Below, piece after piece: positions 48,101 to 59,209 of a stretch of 64,000 bases of DNA (position 1 is the stretch's first letter; every line of letters starts with the position of its first letter). Position numbers and translations under genes: made by a program. The DNA lies in NCBI RefSeq assembly GCF_002087085.1, contig NZ_MWQY01000002.1, positions 186,001 to 250,000 on the forward strand, in the 5' to 3' direction. The notes beneath the pieces are model-generated. The model was not told the origin of the DNA, ran no database searches, and worked only from the letters and a program-made list of their open reading frames with translations.

Positions 48101-51100
48101 GGGTACCCGTGCCTACCGGCACAGTGGCGGTTTCCATCCCCTGGATCGGATTCCCTGTGGTGGAGAGGTCACGGATATTCGGCAGATCCTCCAGTACGAT
48201 CTCTTCATACTCTTCGAGGCGGGCGAGGACCTCGTTCTGCAGCTCCTGAAGATCAGCCAGCTCCTCATTCAGATCCTGCCATATCTGTTCCAGCTCGGTC
48301 CGCAGATCGACAAAGGCCTGACCTTCATCTCCGAAGAGCATCTCCTGAATCTCCTGCAATTCATTCGGCAAGGCCCCGGGCCAGCTTTCCACCTCCGCGG
48401 CGGCAAAACTCCAGGCCAGTATATTTCCCACCCAGCCGGAGCGATCGACCAGCGCCAGTCCGGCGGCCTGACGTTGCTCCTCATTGAGCTGATACAGACT
48501 CATCATCGCTTCAGACAGGGCATCGACAAGCTCGGATTTGGCGCTTTCCATCTCTTCGGCCATATTGCGGGCGTCTTCTATCAGCTGATCGTAGGCGTCG
48601 TTGCGCCCCTTGCCCCCGTCGATATCATTACCGCGGATACTGACCCAGAGGCTGCCCTTGTACACGGTGACCCAGCACGCCTTGAAATGAACCCGCCCGA
48701 CGGCATAAATGAGCACATCCGTACCCTGGCCGATAAGGGCACCCTCCACGCCGGCCTTGGCCGAGACAAGCCCCCAGAGCAGGGAGCCTCCGACCTCTAC
48801 ATCCGCCCAGGCACCCCAGGTATCAGGGTCAGGAACGACATAGAACCAGACCATCCCGCTGAACTGTACGTACCCGGAGACAAATTCAATATCCACGCCG
48901 GTCTTGACTGTAGTTTCCACCATGAATCCCGGCGGGCCGATAAAGAAACTGCCCGAAGCAATATCCGCCCCCAAAAGCGCGACGTTCACGCCGCCCATAA
49001 TGCCCCAGGCATCATCATCGTAGGCGTAGAAGGCAAGATCCCCGTCAATGGTAAATATATCGAAGAGGTTCGCCTGGAGTACGTTATTGCCCTCCGCGTA
49101 CCAGGGGTTCCAGCTGATCAGGAAGTAGGAGCGGCCGTGGAGCATCCCTTCCAGAGCGCTCACCTGGGCATCCAGACTGAAGTAGTTGGCAGTCAGGGTA
49201 ATCAGGGCCTCTCCCTGCACCAGGGTCCGCTCGGCCACGTAGACCCCGGCTAAAAGCATGACGGCGAAGCCTCCGGGATCGCCGCCTCCGGCCGGCCGCA
49301 TGTCGGCTATATCATCGTCCAGTTCCGGCCGGTTAAAGCCGGTCACCGCAAGGACTGTGCTGATGTCCTCATTGGTGGGATTTATGAACACCCCGCCGCC
49401 GACGCTATCCAGGAAGACCGAGGGGGCCACCATAATACCCAGGCCCTCGACCATTACAAACAGGCCCAGGGTCGGCTCACCGGCCCGCGGCTCGGGGGTC
49501 CCGTCGAGGGCGGTATCGGGAATTACCCCGATTTTACCCACCGCAGCGCCGGAAATTTGCTGCATGGTAATGCCGCCGGCAACCCGCAGATAGGTGCGGT
49601 CGTACTTTATGTCGGCGAACAACTCGCAGCCGGAGACCTCCATGCGGGCTTCCCGCAGCACGAAACTGACCTCATCTTCGATACTGTAAAAAAGAAACTG
49701 CTCGAACCCACCGCTCATAATCGAGGAGTCCCCGGAGCCAATGTTGATCGAGGCACCCAGAATCTCGAAATAGTTTTCCACCTTGATTACCGCCGGTTCA
49801 TCGCCGATGGCCGGCTGGCGATTGGTTCCCTCGCCGGTGGTCTGGTCCTCGGTATAGCTGATCTCTCCGCTGCCCCAGTTCACTTCGTTCACCCGGACGG
49901 AGACAAAATCCATAATTTTCAGATCCGTGCCCTGTATATCCGGTGCGCCCATATCACCGTCCAGACCTATGCGCAGATTGACAAAGCTTATGCCGCCTTC
50001 GACGGCTTCAACCTTGAGTCGGAAGGATCCGCTGAACAGGAAGGCGAAGTTTCCATCGCCGTACTGCAGAGCCAGGTTATCGAGAGTAACTGCAACAGCG
50101 CCCAGATCGAGGCTTTTTCCGGAGACCAGGTTGATGGCCCCCTCCATGGAAGGCCAGACCACATCCCCGTCAAAGCTGATCTCCAGGCCCTTAGTCAGCG
50201 TAAGACCACCGGCAGCCCCGACAGTGATGGAACCGAAACTGATACGATTCCCTTCTCCGCTGAGCATAGTGAGATAAATATCCGCCCCCAGCACTACCTT
50301 GCTGTGGTCACGATTGAGGGTTCCCTGATTGATTATCAGGTCCAGACCAAGGTAGGTAAGATCCACCGTTGCAAAACCGAAGTCCCACTCCGTGGCATCA
50401 TCTTCGCTTATCCCCTGTCCGCCGCCGCTCAGCTCGTCGATGGGGACCAGACCGCCCAGTACGTTTCCCGCAGTATCAAATCTCAGGGCGAAGGTGGTAC
50501 TCATGCCCTCGGCATCGAAGGGGGCAGGAAGGTTCTTTATCTGGCCCCGAAGCTTGAAGGCCAGTTCATCGTCCTCCAGTTCAAGTCCGGCCTCGGTAAT
50601 GGTGAGTATCCCGGGGATAAGATCGAAATCCTCCGAAACGGTAATTCCCCCCTCAAAACCACCGTCGGTATAAAAGGTGAGCCCTGAAAAGCTGACCAGC
50701 TCCTTCTCTTCGGTGTTCATCCCCTCCTTCTCGTTCCAGGCAATGCTGCCCGACAGGGCAAAGCCGTAACGACCAGCAGCTTGATCCTCGATAACCGCCA
50801 GCGCCCGGTTCTGATCCACATCGTGCAGCCTGAACCTGACCCCGAAGGCCTCGAAATTTTTCGAATTATTCTTGTCCCAGGAGGAACCTGCCAGCTCCAG
50901 CCCGTCCACGGTAATCGGCATCTCAGGGATAACGACGATCTCGGTATCCAGCCGGGGAATAAAGAGGGTGGAGCGGGCGATCAGTGGGCTGCCGTCTGTA
51001 CCCCACTGCCAGGCGACCCGGCCAACCTTTATATAGCCTTGAGCAGCCTCGGCTATCATCTGGCCGGCACCCTCTTTTTCTACAAATCCGCCTGCAATCA

Positions 51101-52487
51101 CCGGTACATTCGGTGCATTGTTCATGTACTGCACCACCAGGCCGCTTACATCAGCCTGGGGCAGGACCAGGTCATCCATGGAAAGAACTTTGAGAGAGGC
51201 GCTTCCGTTGAAGGTGTACTGCACCCCGCCGTTGATATTCTGTGCCTCTGCGGTACCGGAAAACTCGCTCAGCTCGGCGACGCCAGGGACCAGTGTCAAT
51301 ATATCCGGCGGGAAGGGCGGCTCCCCGGCAGACACCATGTAGATACTCTCGGTGCTGTACCCGTCGAAATTGATCAACTCCACCCGCACCGTGTGCAAAC
51401 CAGGTTCGTCGGTGGGAAGTTCCGCTTCGATTTCTATAACCGTGCTGCCATTTACAGATGCCGCAAAGGCCGGCTGCCCGGTCCATCCCAGCGAATCGTC
51501 CACATAGACCTGCCCCAGCACCGATCCGGAACCAATTGCATCTATGGTAATACGCGAGTTGATGACCGACTCTCCACGAAAATAGGGTGATTCCGGCAAC
51601 TCCAGAGAGAGATCCCGTACCTCCAGGCTGACAGGGGGCGCACCGCTGACAACCGCTGGAACATTCAGAGTCGCGCTGAGCGGATTCCCCCAGGCATCCT
51701 GACCGCTTACCACATATCGCAGGGTAAAGGAGCCCTCCGTACCGGAGCCCAGGGCCTTGGCTCGATCAAGAGCATCCATTTCGACTGTACGGTTCAGGGA
51801 TTCGGTAAAACCGGAAGAGACCTGGAGGTCGATGTTTTCGGTGAAGCCGCGGTCCTCTCCCCACTCCGGATAGATGCGGTCCTCCCGAATCGATGTTATA
51901 TCGCAGGTCCCCGTACCAAAGGCGCGTATGTCAATCTCGAGACTCTTGCTGGACTCACCGGCGCTGAAAACCAGTGAGGAGGGACTCGCCGACAGGCTTA
52001 TCCGGCCGGCCGTGCCGTCATCCTCCGGTTCTTCCGGCGGTTCTTCGCCGCCGAGAATCAGAACGCCGTCGGACTGCCCGGTGGCCACTTCCGAAGCATA
52101 ATTTACCACAATTGCTACAACCTCAAGATAATAAGTCTCTCCAGGCTCCAGCTGCGAATACAATCCGCCGGTATTCTCATCAATTTGCTCATCAGTGATT
52201 TCTACAATAAAAGGCAGCTCCGGAGGATTTGCATCAGGGATCTCCGGGTAATTGCCTCCGTATAGAGGGGTTGCAAGCCCTTCCTGATAGAGCCTGTAAT
52301 TGTAGATCTTCAGTTCTTCGGTATATCCATCCCAAATCGACGGAGGCGCGAAAAAGACCCCCTCGTACAGAGTCGTGCTTTCTTGAGTATCGATATCCGA
52401 CCCTGAATCCGATCCGTCAACAACTGTGATCTGGGCGAAAAGAACGGCGGGAAAGAGTAATAAAACAGAAAGGAATGCTCTCTTCAT
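45129..52487 (-). CDS. Giant (2452 aa) secreted acidic protein with C-terminal FN3-like repeats
   Basis: Signal peptide MKRAFLSVLLLFPAVLFA; Gly/aromatic beta-rich middle; helical segment; repeats D.ESGI..Y.Y..G / V..TNG.GL. Confidence 0.85.
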   Translation of the reverse strand: MKRAFLSVLLLFPAVLFAQITVVDGSDSGSDIDTQESTTLYEGVFFAPPSIWDGYTEELKIYNYRLYQEGLATPLYGGNYPEIPDANPPELPFIVEITDEQIDENTGGLYSQLEPGETYYLEVVAIVVNYASEVATGQSDGVLILGGEEPPEEPEDDGTAGRISLSASPSSLVFSAGESSKSLEIDIRAFGTGTCDITSIREDRIYPEWGEDRGFTENIDLQVSSGFTESLNRTVEMDALDRAKALGSGTEGSFTLRYVVSGQDAWGNPLSATLNVPAVVSGAPPVSLEVRDLSLELPESPYFRGESVINSRITIDAIGSGSVLGQVYVDDSLGWTGQPAFAASVNGSTVIEIEAELPTDEPGLHTVRVELINFDGYSTESIYMVSAGEPPFPPDILTLVPGVAELSEFSGTAEAQNINGGVQYTFNGSASLKVLSMDDLVLPQADVSGLVVQYMNNAPNVPVIAGGFVEKEGAGQMIAEAAQGYIKVGRVAWQWGTDGSPLIARSTLFIPRLDTEIVVIPEMPITVDGLELAGSSWDKNNSKNFEAFGVRFRLHDVDQNRALAVIEDQAAGRYGFALSGSIAWNEKEGMNTEEKELVSFSGLTFYTDGGFEGGITVSEDFDLIPGILTITEAGLELEDDELAFKLRGQIKNLPAPFDAEGMSTTFALRFDTAGNVLGGLVPIDELSGGGQGISEDDATEWDFGFATVDLTYLGLDLIINQGTLNRDHSKVVLGADIYLTMLSGEGNRISFGSITVGAAGGLTLTKGLEISFDGDVVWPSMEGAINLVSGKSLDLGAVAVTLDNLALQYGDGNFAFLFSGSFRLKVEAVEGGISFVNLRIGLDGDMGAPDIQGTDLKIMDFVSVRVNEVNWGSGEISYTEDQTTGEGTNRQPAIGDEPAVIKVENYFEILGASINIGSGDSSIMSGGFEQFLFYSIEDEVSFVLREARMEVSGCELFADIKYDRTYLRVAGGITMQQISGAAVGKIGVIPDTALDGTPEPRAGEPTLGLFVMVEGLGIMVAPSVFLDSVGGGVFINPTNEDISTVLAVTGFNRPELDDDIADMRPAGGGDPGGFAVMLLAGVYVAERTLVQGEALITLTANYFSLDAQVSALEGMLHGRSYFLISWNPWYAEGNNVLQANLFDIFTIDGDLAFYAYDDDAWGIMGGVNVALLGADIASGSFFIGPPGFMVETTVKTGVDIEFVSGYVQFSGMVWFYVVPDPDTWGAWADVEVGGSLLWGLVSAKAGVEGALIGQGTDVLIYAVGRVHFKACWVTVYKGSLWVSIRGNDIDGGKGRNDAYDQLIEDARNMAEEMESAKSELVDALSEAMMSLYQLNEEQRQAAGLALVDRSGWVGNILAWSFAAAEVESWPGALPNELQEIQEMLFGDEGQAFVDLRTELEQIWQDLNEELADLQELQNEVLARLEEYEEIVLEDLPNIRDLSTTGNPIQGMETATVPVGTGTRTVQVGFDIDEAKFEQQKQEMEGMRGGFAEYQDAFIQRAGLLDSKLQRLDEILFESEQSFTALMERYSEIHNSMVDYIERYIRFQLENAELATENLQEMQYTEIPDEIAGSGSFVGITSAPTEQVLRELMGWTAANLSANEIREWNIRRVALINLLIEAQGGEADYSIDEANIGTPRGFIDTGMELWWYLPKRGWELTIEMSEDRITSSIDSFHQSSTVIRESWATATGISDTVFDRKADLYSLLYEIYDKLAVYGTGSMPSDGNSDILQMRDGGAVLAGRTPGPRVIGDEKTARPFGELQDGVPVSDYFESRRGEIAPYLELPEIELMDGELVSGDQYSAFFRTDFEAGHPVGVVEYAVKIHPFGYDEPWRSTGMQTSTADVIFQAYRIQRDYQFDLRARGAGGLSTHRRGDIEMHFFDPEDDAEPFISSLDISDDSIPSWPVVTLAESITSNPEELYAEWSAIDPESGIRKYEYAVGTVSAPEGDEDSVMDNGGEGVIYLPGFGSALEPAGEPGYFGGGGDALPDVPTDVLSWTDAGGRTTALIKNLNLQHGHEYVVSVRVTNGVGLQNVHSSDPVLVDLTPPEGQAILQLVQETVDEYPNSIRFEYSFAEEPETEIVAHYMALGRSPAADDLFPWTEMGLDFGRVANLPLAEGETFYLSIKAANSVGLESTVSEGLEFSFNDSTPPPVTMVITAPQQNSTDGSQLSIGWNSVSDEESGIVKYAYGISSMALNEDEWRPDILDWVEIDVSEPPYYLGKGHGGSFGDLPPPGAGDAGQDEAAAAEGGMVPMGPSGMIQIGDPLVFDSGLDTEYAITRTGLNLQGRVYAVVRVTNGAGLSSVAASIPIIFDSSPPDSVRLLANSQQYRTDQLSCRLEASDRQSGIQAYRYSVFRVLGGPVQQWVSSEWIAVESTPEGGVSLPIRIRNFPAPGLEYGREYRIDFEVKNGTGLQWGAAPVIIELVRPKEGDLIQLDERQDSDGRIPGVRRVR

Positions 52488-52602
52488 TAAATCGTCACTT
52501 CTAATCTGCGCTGGTTCGCTGAAACAAATTCAGCAGCAACTGCAGTGACAATAAAAAAGCATTCCTTCGGTGAGCCAGTGCGGTTCTTATAACCTGACTC
52601 TA

Positions 52603-52631
52603 ATTATAAACCCGGCGTATCCTTCTGTAAA
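52603..52631 (-). promoter_or_regulatory. sigma70 promoter of the giant-protein operon
   Basis: Minus strand TTTACA-17 bp-TATAAT, about 115 nt upstream of ATG 52487. Confidence 0.65.
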
Positions 52632-52647
52632 GTGCTTAATGAGAACA

Positions 52648-53856
52648 TTATTCAATAGATATGCTTCTGTTTCTCCCCGTTCGTTTGGCCTCGTAGAGGG
52701 CGGCATCGGCACGCCGGAGCAGGGTCTCCTCCGTATCTTCTTCCCTGCAGACGGTGACACCGAGGCTCATGGTCACATTCTGTTCGATCTCGAAATCCGC
52801 TTCCTCTATAATATTCCTGATCCGTTCTGCAAAGCTTAGGGCATCCTCCAGACCGGTATGGGGACAGAGCAGGGCAAACTCCTCTCCCCCCCAGCGAAAG
52901 AGCTGGTCCGTATCCCGCAGGCTTTCATGGATGATATGGACAAACTTTTTCAGCACCACATCACCCCGGTAATGTCCGTAGGTATCGTTTATCTGTTTGA
53001 AATGATCGATATCGCAGAGAATAAAGGCCAGGGGCAGTCGATACCGCTGAGAACGATTCAACTCTTTTTTGTACTCCTCTTCAAATTTCAGCCTGTTGGC
53101 GGCACCGGTCAGGGGATCGGTGTTCGAAATCTTACGGATCTTCCGTTCCATTTCAACCCGCTCCTGAACATCCCGTCCGCTGGCATAGAAGAGCTTTTTT
53201 ACCGGATCATAGAGTATCCGCCAGGAGACCCAGTTATATTCGCCGTCGGCTTTCCGTATCCTCAAATCCACCTGGGGCAGGATCTTTTCCCGTATCAGTT
53301 TTTCCTGGGTTTCAAAGAAACTGTCCGTGTCATCCTCATGGATCTGCTCCTGGATCAAACGTCCTTCCAGGTTTTCGGGATTAATGCCGAGAAGATTCTG
53401 CCAGGCGCTGTTCGCCTGTCTGATGACTCCGGACTCAGTTATGATGCAGAATAGATCGATATTTACATTGAAGAATATCTCCTTCTCGTTCTGAAGCTCC
53501 TTCTCCCGGGTCACGTCGTACTGTACTGCCGCAAAGTAGAGTATTCTGTCTTTGGCATCGCAGATGGGCGTAATAAACTGAAGGGCTGTATATTCGGAAC
53601 CGTCCTTCCGTCGGTTAATTATCTCTTCCTTCCAGGAGACCTTTGCAAGCAGCCTGCTCCACAGCCGCTCGTAGTAGTCTCCGGACATCCTGCCGGATTT
53701 GAGGATGGAACTCTTTTTTCCCAGGGCCTCTTTTTCTGAATAACCGCTCACCTCGGTAAAGGCTTCATTTACATAGAGAATCACACCCTCGGGATCAGTC
53801 ACATAAAGTGGAGAATCCAGCTGATGAACAATCTGCTTAAAAAAACTTTTCTTCAT
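52648..53856 (-). CDS. PAS-PAS-GGDEF diguanylate cyclase
   Basis: Two PAS/PAC domains; TDPLTG..NR, DIDHFKQINDTYGH, RDTD I-site, RWGGEEF. Confidence 0.92.
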   Translation of the reverse strand: MKKSFFKQIVHQLDSPLYVTDPEGVILYVNEAFTEVSGYSEKEALGKKSSILKSGRMSGDYYERLWSRLLAKVSWKEEIINRRKDGSEYTALQFITPICDAKDRILYFAAVQYDVTREKELQNEKEIFFNVNIDLFCIITESGVIRQANSAWQNLLGINPENLEGRLIQEQIHEDDTDSFFETQEKLIREKILPQVDLRIRKADGEYNWVSWRILYDPVKKLFYASGRDVQERVEMERKIRKISNTDPLTGAANRLKFEEEYKKELNRSQRYRLPLAFILCDIDHFKQINDTYGHYRGDVVLKKFVHIIHESLRDTDQLFRWGGEEFALLCPHTGLEDALSFAERIRNIIEEADFEIEQNVTMSLGVTVCREEDTEETLLRRADAALYEAKRTGRNRSISIE

Positions 53857-53999
53857 TTGTACCTCTAAGGATATCATACTCCAGGCAATCGGGAAATCTC
53901 AAATATTGATTCCCGGACCTGATTTCGAAGGCGCTGCCGGCCTCAGAATATCGATTTTTCCGTCTTTACCCCGCGCCGTTTTCACAGTAGCATAGCCGG

Positions 54000-55013
54000 A
54001 TGAAGGATCAGATTGAACGCAAACGCCTTGCCATACTCCATGTCCTGATCGAAAACAAGCGTCCCGTTTCGAGCAAGGAGATCGCCGCCGAGCTGGCGGA
54101 ACAGGGTTATACTATAACCGAGAGGACCGTACGTTTCCACCTGCAGGCCATGGACGATGAGGGCTTAACCCACTATATAGGAAAAAAAGGACGGGTTCTG
54201 ACGGACCTGGGCAGGGAGGAGCTTTCCCGGGCTCGGGCTCATGAAAAGGTGGGCTTTCTTTCCTCCAGAATCTCCCAGATGACCTATTCCATGAACTTCG
54301 ATTACCACAGCTGCACCGGGAAGGTGGTTGTCAACGTGAGTTACATCTCCCGGGATTACGCGGCAAGAAGCGCGGAACTCATGAGCAGGGTCTTTCAGGC
54401 AGGCTACGCCATGGGCACAAAGCTCTGCCTTTTCGACGAGGGAGAAGAACCGGGAGAACTCAGGATTCCCCGGGGCTACGTAGGCATAGGAACCATCTGC
54501 TCCATCAGCCTTAACGGCGTTCTCCTCAGGGAAGGGATTCCTGTCACCTCCCTCTTCGGAGGACTCCTGGAACTTCGCAATCATCGGCCCAGCCGTTTTG
54601 TGGAGATTATCAATTACGACGGAACAACCATCGATCCCCTGGAGATATTCATTAAGAGCGGCATGACAGATTACCTGGGTGCCACCTCATCAGGTACCGG
54701 TCTTATCGGCGCCAGTTTCCGGGAGATACCGGCGGAGGCCCGGGAAAAAACCCTGGAGATCGATGCCGCTCTGGATGCCCTGGGCATGAGGGGTTTCTAC
54801 ATGGTGGGACAACCGGGACAGACGCTGCTGGATATTCCCGTGGGCTACGGCAATGTAGGGGCGGTAATAATCGGCGGACTGAATCCCGTGGCAATCCTTG
54901 AAGAAAGCGGAATTCCCGTCCAGTCCAAGGCCCTGTCGTCCCTGGTGGATTATGACGTCCTTTTCGACTACCGGGAACTGCCTGAACGGATGAAGAAAAC
55001 AGTAAAATTTTGA
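54000..55013 (+). CDS. NrpR-family (DUF128) nitrogen regulator: wHTH plus one NRD domain
   Basis: ERTVRFHL..MD..GLT, KVGFLS, G.VVVN.S, IGTICSISLNGVLL..GIP, Y.GTTIDPLEIF, ASFRE, GGLNP. Confidence 0.8.
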   Translation: MKDQIERKRLAILHVLIENKRPVSSKEIAAELAEQGYTITERTVRFHLQAMDDEGLTHYIGKKGRVLTDLGREELSRARAHEKVGFLSSRISQMTYSMNFDYHSCTGKVVVNVSYISRDYAARSAELMSRVFQAGYAMGTKLCLFDEGEEPGELRIPRGYVGIGTICSISLNGVLLREGIPVTSLFGGLLELRNHRPSRFVEIINYDGTTIDPLEIFIKSGMTDYLGATSSGTGLIGASFREIPAEAREKTLEIDAALDALGMRGFYMVGQPGQTLLDIPVGYGNVGAVIIGGLNPVAILEESGIPVQSKALSSLVDYDVLFDYRELPERMKKTVKF

Positions 55014-55139
55014 CGGCAACGCGTTGCCATCATCTTGATGCACTCCACAATATTCTCTATACTTTTTTCAAGGTCCTGGTCTTTTTTTTCACACCTCATT
55101 TGCATAAGCAGAAGATCATGGGACCCAATCAAATTCTGA

Positions 55140-56507
<1,368 letters not shown>

Positions 56508-56530
56508 GTATAATGACTGACTCTCTCACG

Positions 56531-56555
56531 ACCCGCTCTTCGGAGCGGGTTTTTT
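56531..56555 (+). terminator. Rho-independent terminator after gdhA
   Basis: ACCCGCTC-TTCG-GAGCGGGT-TTTTT. Confidence 0.8.
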
Positions 56556-56604
56556 GTTTCTTCCCTTGCGGGAAGCCCAGGGAATTCCCTACAATGGTTC
56601 CGGT

Positions 56605-59172
56605 ATGTCCATAGATCATGCAAACCTCTCCACCGGCATCGGGGGACTGGACAAGATAATCCGGGGCCTCCTGCCGGGGGACAACATCGTTTTTCAGGTG
56701 CCCAGCATCGGCGACTATCTGCGTTTTGTCAGACCCTATGCCGAATTTGCCTCCGACCGGGACCAGAAGCTGGTATATTTTCGCTTTGCCTCCCACGCAC
56801 CCCTGCTGGATGCCGGAGAATACCCGGGGATTCAGATCAATACCCCGGACCCGGCGGAGGGCTTCGAGCCCTTTATTTCCAGCATTCATTCCGCCATAAA
56901 GAAAAACGGACGAGGGGGCTATTATGTTTTCGATTCCCTCTCGGAGCTGACGGATAAGTGGTACTCCGACCGCATGCTGGGGAACTTTTTCATGCTTACC
57001 TGCCCCTACCTGCTGGACATGGAGGCCCTGGCCTATTTCGGAATTCTCCGCCAGGAACACTCCCACAACGCCCTGCATCCCATCCACAATACGGCCCAGG
57101 TTATCCTGGACGTCTACAACAGCGAGGGACAGCTCTACATTCACCCCTTGAAGGTACAGCAGCGCTACTCTTCAACCATGCATATGCTGCACCGTGAAGA
57201 AGAAGGGAACTACCTGCCGGTAACCAACAGCGCGCTGAACTCGCGGATACTCTCCTTTTCTCCCTTCCAGAGCGAGTCCGGCTCCTACGAAGACAAGGAC
57301 ATGTGGAACCGCAACTTCACCCAGGCCCATCAGGCCCTGCTCCATCCCACCCCGGATGCCCGCCGGCAGGAAGCTTTTCACACCGATCGTCTTCTAAAAA
57401 TGGCGGTAACCCGGGATGAACGCTTTTTACCCCTGGCCCGGCAATACTTCTCCCTGAAGGACCTGCTTACCATCGGAAGAAGGATTATCGGCACCGGCCT
57501 TATCGGCGGAAAGTCCACGGGCATGCTCCTTGCCCGGGCCATGCTGCAGAAGAAAGACCCTGCCTTGAGCCGCTGCCTGGAGGTCCATGACTCATTCTAC
57601 GTGGGATCCGATGTATTCTATACCTACATGGTGATCAACGGCTGCTGGTGGATACGGCACCAGCAGAAGGAGATCGACACCTTCCTTTCGGTGGCGGAAT
57701 ACGCCCGGAGGGTTATCCTGACCGGCCAGTTTCCCGAGGATATAATCCGCAAATTCTCGGACATGCTGGACTACTTCGGGCAGTCTCCCATCATTGTAAG
57801 ATCCTCCAGCCTGCTGGAAGACAATTTCGGCAACGCCTTCTCGGGCAAATACGAAAGCATCTTCTGTCCGAACCAGGGCTCCCGGGAAAAACGGCTGGAA
57901 AACCTGCTCACCGCCATAAAGACAATCTATGCAAGTACTTTAAGCGAAAAGGCCCTGCAGTACCGGGCACACCTGGGAATTCTGGACAAGGATGAACAGA
58001 TGCCCCTGCTTATCCAGCGGGTATCCGGGGACCTTCATAAAAACTTCTTTTTCCCCGCCGTGGCCGGAGTGGGATACTCCTATAATCCCTACGTCTGGGA
58101 CAGGGAGATCGATCCTGAGTCCGGGGTCATCCGGATTGTCTACGGCATGGGTACCCGGGCCGTAGACCGTTCCGACGAGGACTACACCCGGGTGGTTGCC
58201 CTGAATGCGCCGGAAAAACGGCCGGAAACCGGAATGGATGAAATCCGACGCTATTCCCAGAGACGGGTTGACCTGCTGGACCTGGAGGCCAACCAGCTGG
58301 TGGCGGCGGAGTATCAGGATATGGAGGAAGCCGTCTCCCCCAACGAGAAGAGCCTTCTTACCAGTCTTGAACGGGAGACCCAATCCCGATATATCTCCTT
58401 TACCGGACTTTTCCGGAATACCCCCTTTATTAATGACATGCGGAAGATCCTCAAAACCCTGGAGGAGGCCTATACTTACCCTGTGGATGTGGAGTTTACC
58501 CTGAACTTTACCGCCCCCGGAGAATACCGCATCAATATTGTCCAGTGCCGTCCCTTCGAGGTCCGGCGCAACATCGAAGTGGACCTGGATTTTTCCCGGG
58601 CAGAGGCGGAGAAGGTACTTATGGCCTCTCCCTCCGGGACAGTAATCGGGCGCAACCGGGAGATCCGTCCCCAGCGAATCATTTATGTTTCCGGAGAAAA
58701 ATACGGCCCCCTGACGGTATCCAAGAAACACTCCACCGCCCGGACAATCGGCAGGGTAATGAAGAACTCCGACCCCTCCATAAAAACCATTCTCATCGGC
58801 CCCGGCCGCTGGGGAACCACCACGGTCTTTCTGGGGATTCCGGTCTCCTTCTCCGAAATAAGCCGGGCAGCCTGCATATGCGAGGTCGTGGACATGGGGG
58901 AAAACCTGATTCCGGATGTCTCCCTGGGGACCCACTTCTTTAACGACCTTGTGGAGCTGGACATACTCTACCTTGCCCTGTATCCACGTAAGGAGGGAAC
59001 CATCTTTCAGCCGGAACTCCTCCTTGAACGCCCGAATCAGCTGCTCTCCATTATCGATGACGAGGAGTCCAGGGATCTTGAGGATGTGGTACACGTGGTG
59101 GATACGGACCCCGAAAAGAGCCTTTTGGCGGCGGACCTTATAAATCAGCACTATCTGCTTTCCCTGGAATAG
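56605..59172 (+). CDS. PEP/pyruvate-binding (PPDK_N) domain protein with N-terminal KaiC/RecA-like domain
   Basis: STGIGGLDKII N-terminus; IGGKS.G, VRSSSLLED...FSGKYES, PVDVEF, IVQCRP; C-terminal IGPGRWG, SLGTHFF. Confidence 0.8.
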   Translation: MSIDHANLSTGIGGLDKIIRGLLPGDNIVFQVPSIGDYLRFVRPYAEFASDRDQKLVYFRFASHAPLLDAGEYPGIQINTPDPAEGFEPFISSIHSAIKKNGRGGYYVFDSLSELTDKWYSDRMLGNFFMLTCPYLLDMEALAYFGILRQEHSHNALHPIHNTAQVILDVYNSEGQLYIHPLKVQQRYSSTMHMLHREEEGNYLPVTNSALNSRILSFSPFQSESGSYEDKDMWNRNFTQAHQALLHPTPDARRQEAFHTDRLLKMAVTRDERFLPLARQYFSLKDLLTIGRRIIGTGLIGGKSTGMLLARAMLQKKDPALSRCLEVHDSFYVGSDVFYTYMVINGCWWIRHQQKEIDTFLSVAEYARRVILTGQFPEDIIRKFSDMLDYFGQSPIIVRSSSLLEDNFGNAFSGKYESIFCPNQGSREKRLENLLTAIKTIYASTLSEKALQYRAHLGILDKDEQMPLLIQRVSGDLHKNFFFPAVAGVGYSYNPYVWDREIDPESGVIRIVYGMGTRAVDRSDEDYTRVVALNAPEKRPETGMDEIRRYSQRRVDLLDLEANQLVAAEYQDMEEAVSPNEKSLLTSLERETQSRYISFTGLFRNTPFINDMRKILKTLEEAYTYPVDVEFTLNFTAPGEYRINIVQCRPFEVRRNIEVDLDFSRAEAEKVLMASPSGTVIGRNREIRPQRIIYVSGEKYGPLTVSKKHSTARTIGRVMKNSDPSIKTILIGPGRWGTTTVFLGIPVSFSEISRAACICEVVDMGENLIPDVSLGTHFFNDLVELDILYLALYPRKEGTIFQPELLLERPNQLLSIIDDEESRDLEDVVHVVDTDPEKSLLAADLINQHYLLSLE

Positions 59173-59209
59173 CTTTCAAAGCCCGGGAGAATGATCTATA
59201 CTTTTTTCC

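Noticed and set aside
52507..52581. Cobalamin-riboswitch-like words (GCAACTG, GAGCCAG) in a plus-strand stem
   Set aside because: The core GGGAA and B12-box context is missing and there is no plus-strand gene downstream.
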